Origin: an uncultured Chloroflexia bacterium
GTDB taxonomy: Bacteria > Chloroflexota > Limnocylindria > Limnocylindrales > CSP1-4
Direction: 5' to 3'
Assembly (NCBI GenBank): GCA_963766735.1
Contig: CAVYBU010000007.1
Span: 389,742 to 453,741, forward strand
Length of the DNA: 64,000 bases
The position numbers were made by a program, and so were the translations under genes. The notes beneath the pieces are model-generated. The model ran no database searches, was not told the origin of the DNA, and saw nothing but the letters and a program-made list of their open reading frames with translations. Shown here piece by piece: positions 61,480-64,000 of the stretch. Within the stretch, counting starts at the first letter, position 1, and each line of letters begins with the position of its first letter.

Positions 61480-62604
61480 GTGGAACCCTTCGATCTCGGG
61501 CTCGTGTTGGCCGGCGGCGCGCTGCTCATCGTCGGCGCGACCCTGCTGGTGCAGGGAGCGAGCGCCCTCGCGTTGCGGCTCGGGGTCCCGCCCATCGTCA
61601 CCGGCCTGACGATCGTCGCCTTCGCGACCAGTTCGCCGGAGCTGGCGGTCAGCCTCGCCGCAGCGGTCACGGGCCGGGTCGAGCTCGCAGCCGCCAACAT
61701 CGTGGGCAGCAACATCCTCAACGTCCTGCTCATCCTGGGCCTGGCCGGACTGGTCGCGCCCCTCGCGGTCGCCACGCGCCTGGTCCGGCTGGACGTGCCG
61801 CTGATGGTCGGCTTGTCGATCGGCGTGGTGGCCGTCAGCGTCCTCGCGGGGAGCATCGGTCGCCTCGCGGGTCTCGTGCTGCTCGGCGTCATGGTCACGT
61901 ACGTCGTGCTGGAGGTGCGGGGCGCGATGCGCGCCGACCGGCCGCCGCCCGTCGATGAGATCGTCGTCGAGGGGCGACCGGTCACCGCCGCCTCGCTGAC
62001 CGGCCGCCCGTGGCTCGTGGACCTGGGGCTCGTCGTCGGCGGGCTGATCGGGCTCGTCGTCGGCGCAGCCTGGCTCGTCGATGGCGCGACCGGGATCGCG
62101 CTGGGGCTCGGCATCCCCGAGACCGTTGTGGGGCTGACGATCGTGGCCATCGGCACCTCGGCGCCGGAGATCGCGACGTCCGTCGTGGCGACGCTGCGCG
62201 GCGAGCGGGAGATCGCGGTGGGCAACGCGGTCGGGAGCAACATCTTCAACCTCGCCCTGGTCCTCGGGATCACCGCCGTCGTCTCGCCGGTGGCCATGCC
62301 GCTGGACGTGGCCACCCTCGGCCCGGACCTGCTCCTCATGCTCGGAGCGGCGATCGCGTGCTGGCCTGCCTTCCGCAGCGGGATGACCTTCACCCGCAGG
62401 GAGGCGTCGGCCTTCCTTCTCGTCTACCTCGGGTATCTCGCCTGGGTCATCCTGGCCGTGCTTGACGCGCCGATGGCGCCGGTCGCGGCCGTCGTCACGC
62501 TGCTCATCGGCACCGCGACCCTCGCCTGGCTCGCACGCGGGGCGCTTCGCGAGCCGCTGGGCCGGCGACGCGGCAGGCCCTTCCGTCGCCCGTCGCGCCA
62601 CTGA
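61480..62604 (+). CDS. Ca2+/Na+ antiporter (CaCA / YrbG family)
   Basis: Two alpha repeats (GTSSPELAVS...GSNILN and GTSAPEIATS...GSNIFN). Start GTG 61480 (uncertain). Confidence 0.7.
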   Translation: MEPFDLGLVLAGGALLIVGATLLVQGASALALRLGVPPIVTGLTIVAFATSSPELAVSLAAAVTGRVELAAANIVGSNILNVLLILGLAGLVAPLAVATRLVRLDVPLMVGLSIGVVAVSVLAGSIGRLAGLVLLGVMVTYVVLEVRGAMRADRPPPVDEIVVEGRPVTAASLTGRPWLVDLGLVVGGLIGLVVGAAWLVDGATGIALGLGIPETVVGLTIVAIGTSAPEIATSVVATLRGEREIAVGNAVGSNIFNLALVLGITAVVSPVAMPLDVATLGPDLLLMLGAAIACWPAFRSGMTFTRREASAFLLVYLGYLAWVILAVLDAPMAPVAAVVTLLIGTATLAWLARGALREPLGRRRGRPFRRPSRH

Positions 62605-62662
62605 CGAAGCCGTGACCGGCGGCTGGGAGCAGCCGCGGGACAGTCGACCCGGCTGGCTGTGA

Positions 62663-63595
62663 TCAGGTCGGGTCGCTGTCCGAGTCCAGCCAGTCGTCGA
62701 TGACGGCCCGGAACTCCTCCGGCACCTCGTACTGGGGGAGGTGCCCGATCCCGTCGAGCACCACCAGCCGGGAACCCGGGATCGCGTCCGCGAGCGACCG
62801 GTTCCAGACCGGCCCGCAGATCCAGTCGTGCTCGCCCGTGATCACGAGCGTGGGGCACCGGATGCTCGACAGCAGCGGACGGTAGTCGGCGTCCTCGCGC
62901 GGGCCGGTCCACGCGTCCTCGATCGGCGGGTAGAAGCGAACCTCGCGCCGGACCCGCTCGATGTGCGCCATCGACACCGGATCCTCGGGCTCTGCGAAGT
63001 AGAACGGCAGGAAGGCCCGGAAGGACTCGACCAGGTCCTGCTCGGATCTGCCCGTCTCGTCGAGGCCGTCCTCCCATGCGCGCCACGCGTCGGCGAACCA
63101 GGGACGGTCCCGGATCCGGTCCAACGCGCGCTGCTGCTCGGCAGCGGCCTCCGCGGCATCGACCGACCCGGCGCCCGCGTACCCCGAGATCACGATCAGG
63201 CGCCGGACGCCCTCCGGGTGGAGGGCCGCCCAGGCGGGTGCGACGAGGCCTCCCCACGAGTGCCCCATGAGGGTCACGGGCCCCAGCCCGACGGCCCGGC
63301 GCCAGGCCTCGAAGAACCCGACGAGCGCCTCGAGGTCGTAGTCGTCCTCGATCTCTGGGGGCGAGGACCGGCCGGACCCCGGCGCGTTGACGAGGTGGCA
63401 GCGGAACCGGTCGAGCACCGGCACGACGTCGGCACGGGCCAGGTGCGCCGGCAGGCCCGGTCCGCCTTCGACCCAGACGAGCGGCTCCGTCCCGTCGCCG
63501 AGCGCCTCCCACTCCACGACACGCCCGTCAGGCAGCTGCGTCACCCGCTCGAGCTCGATCGTCGCGAGCGGCATCGTGATGGCGGTCATCGCCAC
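62663..63595 (-). CDS. alpha/beta hydrolase (proline iminopeptidase-like)
   Basis: GHSWGG nucleophile elbow and a C-terminal His region (GIGHLP). Confidence 0.75.
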   Translation of the reverse strand: MAMTAITMPLATIELERVTQLPDGRVVEWEALGDGTEPLVWVEGGPGLPAHLARADVVPVLDRFRCHLVNAPGSGRSSPPEIEDDYDLEALVGFFEAWRRAVGLGPVTLMGHSWGGLVAPAWAALHPEGVRRLIVISGYAGAGSVDAAEAAAEQQRALDRIRDRPWFADAWRAWEDGLDETGRSEQDLVESFRAFLPFYFAEPEDPVSMAHIERVRREVRFYPPIEDAWTGPREDADYRPLLSSIRCPTLVITGEHDWICGPVWNRSLADAIPGSRLVVLDGIGHLPQYEVPEEFRAVIDDWLDSDSDPT

Positions 63596-63870
63596 ACCCT
63601 CCAGGCCTGCAGGGTCCCGCGGTCATCCGCGCAGGGGCACGATCACACGAGGCCGAACGAGCGACAAGGGCCGTTGGGTGGGAGGTGGCGGCGGGTGGCG
63701 GTCTCGGCGCGGTGTGCTCGGCGCCGCCCGCCGGTTGCACGAACCCGGGACACGAGGAGGAACGAACAGGAGGGCCGCACCTCGTGGTGCGACCCTCCGT
63801 GTCGGGTTGTCAGGATGCGGGCGTCACCCGCACCTGGTTCGCGGATGAGCGTGCTCGGAGCCGAGGCACC

Positions 63871-64000
63871 TCACCCTTTCTTGACCGTCCAGGTCACGGT
63901 GTCCGCGGTCGAGGTGTTGCCCGCCGCGTCGGTCGCCCGCGCCGAGAACACGTAGGTGCCCACCTTCAGGTTGGTGTAATCCTTGGGGGACTCGCAGGTC
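63871..64000 (-). CDS. C-terminal fragment of an Ig-like-domain protein (5' end outside window)
   Basis: Minus-strand reading ...KDYTNLKVGTYVFSARATDAAGNTSTADTVTWTVKKG-stop. Open to the window edge. Confidence 0.4.
   Translation of the reverse strand, partial: TCESPKDYTNLKVGTYVFSARATDAAGNTSTADTVTWTVKKG

Overview
This is a ~70% GC bacterial chromosomal segment with dense, mostly housekeeping coding. Two F420/deazaflavin-family (DUF385) proteins and some GTG/leaderless starts suggest an actinobacterial or Chloroflexi-like host, but taxon is an inference only.

In order along the window:
- 1-12.6 kb (minus strand): a cell-wall/division (dcw) cluster, ddl-murB-murG-ftsW-murD-mraY-murF-ftsI-ftsL-rsmH-mraZ, with a recognisable mraZ promoter and MraZ boxes.
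- 12.9-15.9 kb: LysM protein, RNase P RNA, SGNH hydrolase and RNase H.
- 15.9-23.5 kb: sdhCDAB, an isocitrate-dehydrogenase-family gene, and sucCD.
- 24.9-31 kb: a propionyl-CoA carboxylase operon with three separate subunits, plus a split-type methylmalonyl-CoA mutase large subunit and an epimerase.
- 31.2-33 kb: parAB, divergent from the carboxylase operon.
- 33-40 kb: a secreted repeat protein, UbiA prenyltransferase, acyltransferase, HAD hydrolase, and a four-gene toastrack/PspC/GIDE-like/LemA envelope module.
- 40-50.6 kb: msrA, a HIT protein, frameshifted arcA and ornithine carbamoyltransferase genes, arsC, a TetR-controlled locus and a serine hydrolase.
- 50.9-54.6 kb: tRNA-Asn, a rhodanese, and a frameshifted metzincin protease with FN3 domains.
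- 54.6-57.4 kb: a low-coding segment with a duplicated fragment of the sigA 3' end and a small lower-GC XRE regulator.
- 57.4-64 kb: rpoD, dnaG, a CaCA exchanger and an alpha/beta hydrolase.

Most worth a second look:
- A 16-20 bp palindrome (GTGTCTTTGCGCAAGGACAC) present four times around the carboxylase operon and inside parB. It is either a parS-like centromere or an operator.
- The duplicated sigA terminus and repeats bounding the XRE segment, which looks like an insertion scar.
- Five apparent single-nucleotide frameshifts in otherwise intact genes.
- The promoter and MraZ-box architecture at mraZ.

No CRISPR array, rRNA or classical IS element was seen.
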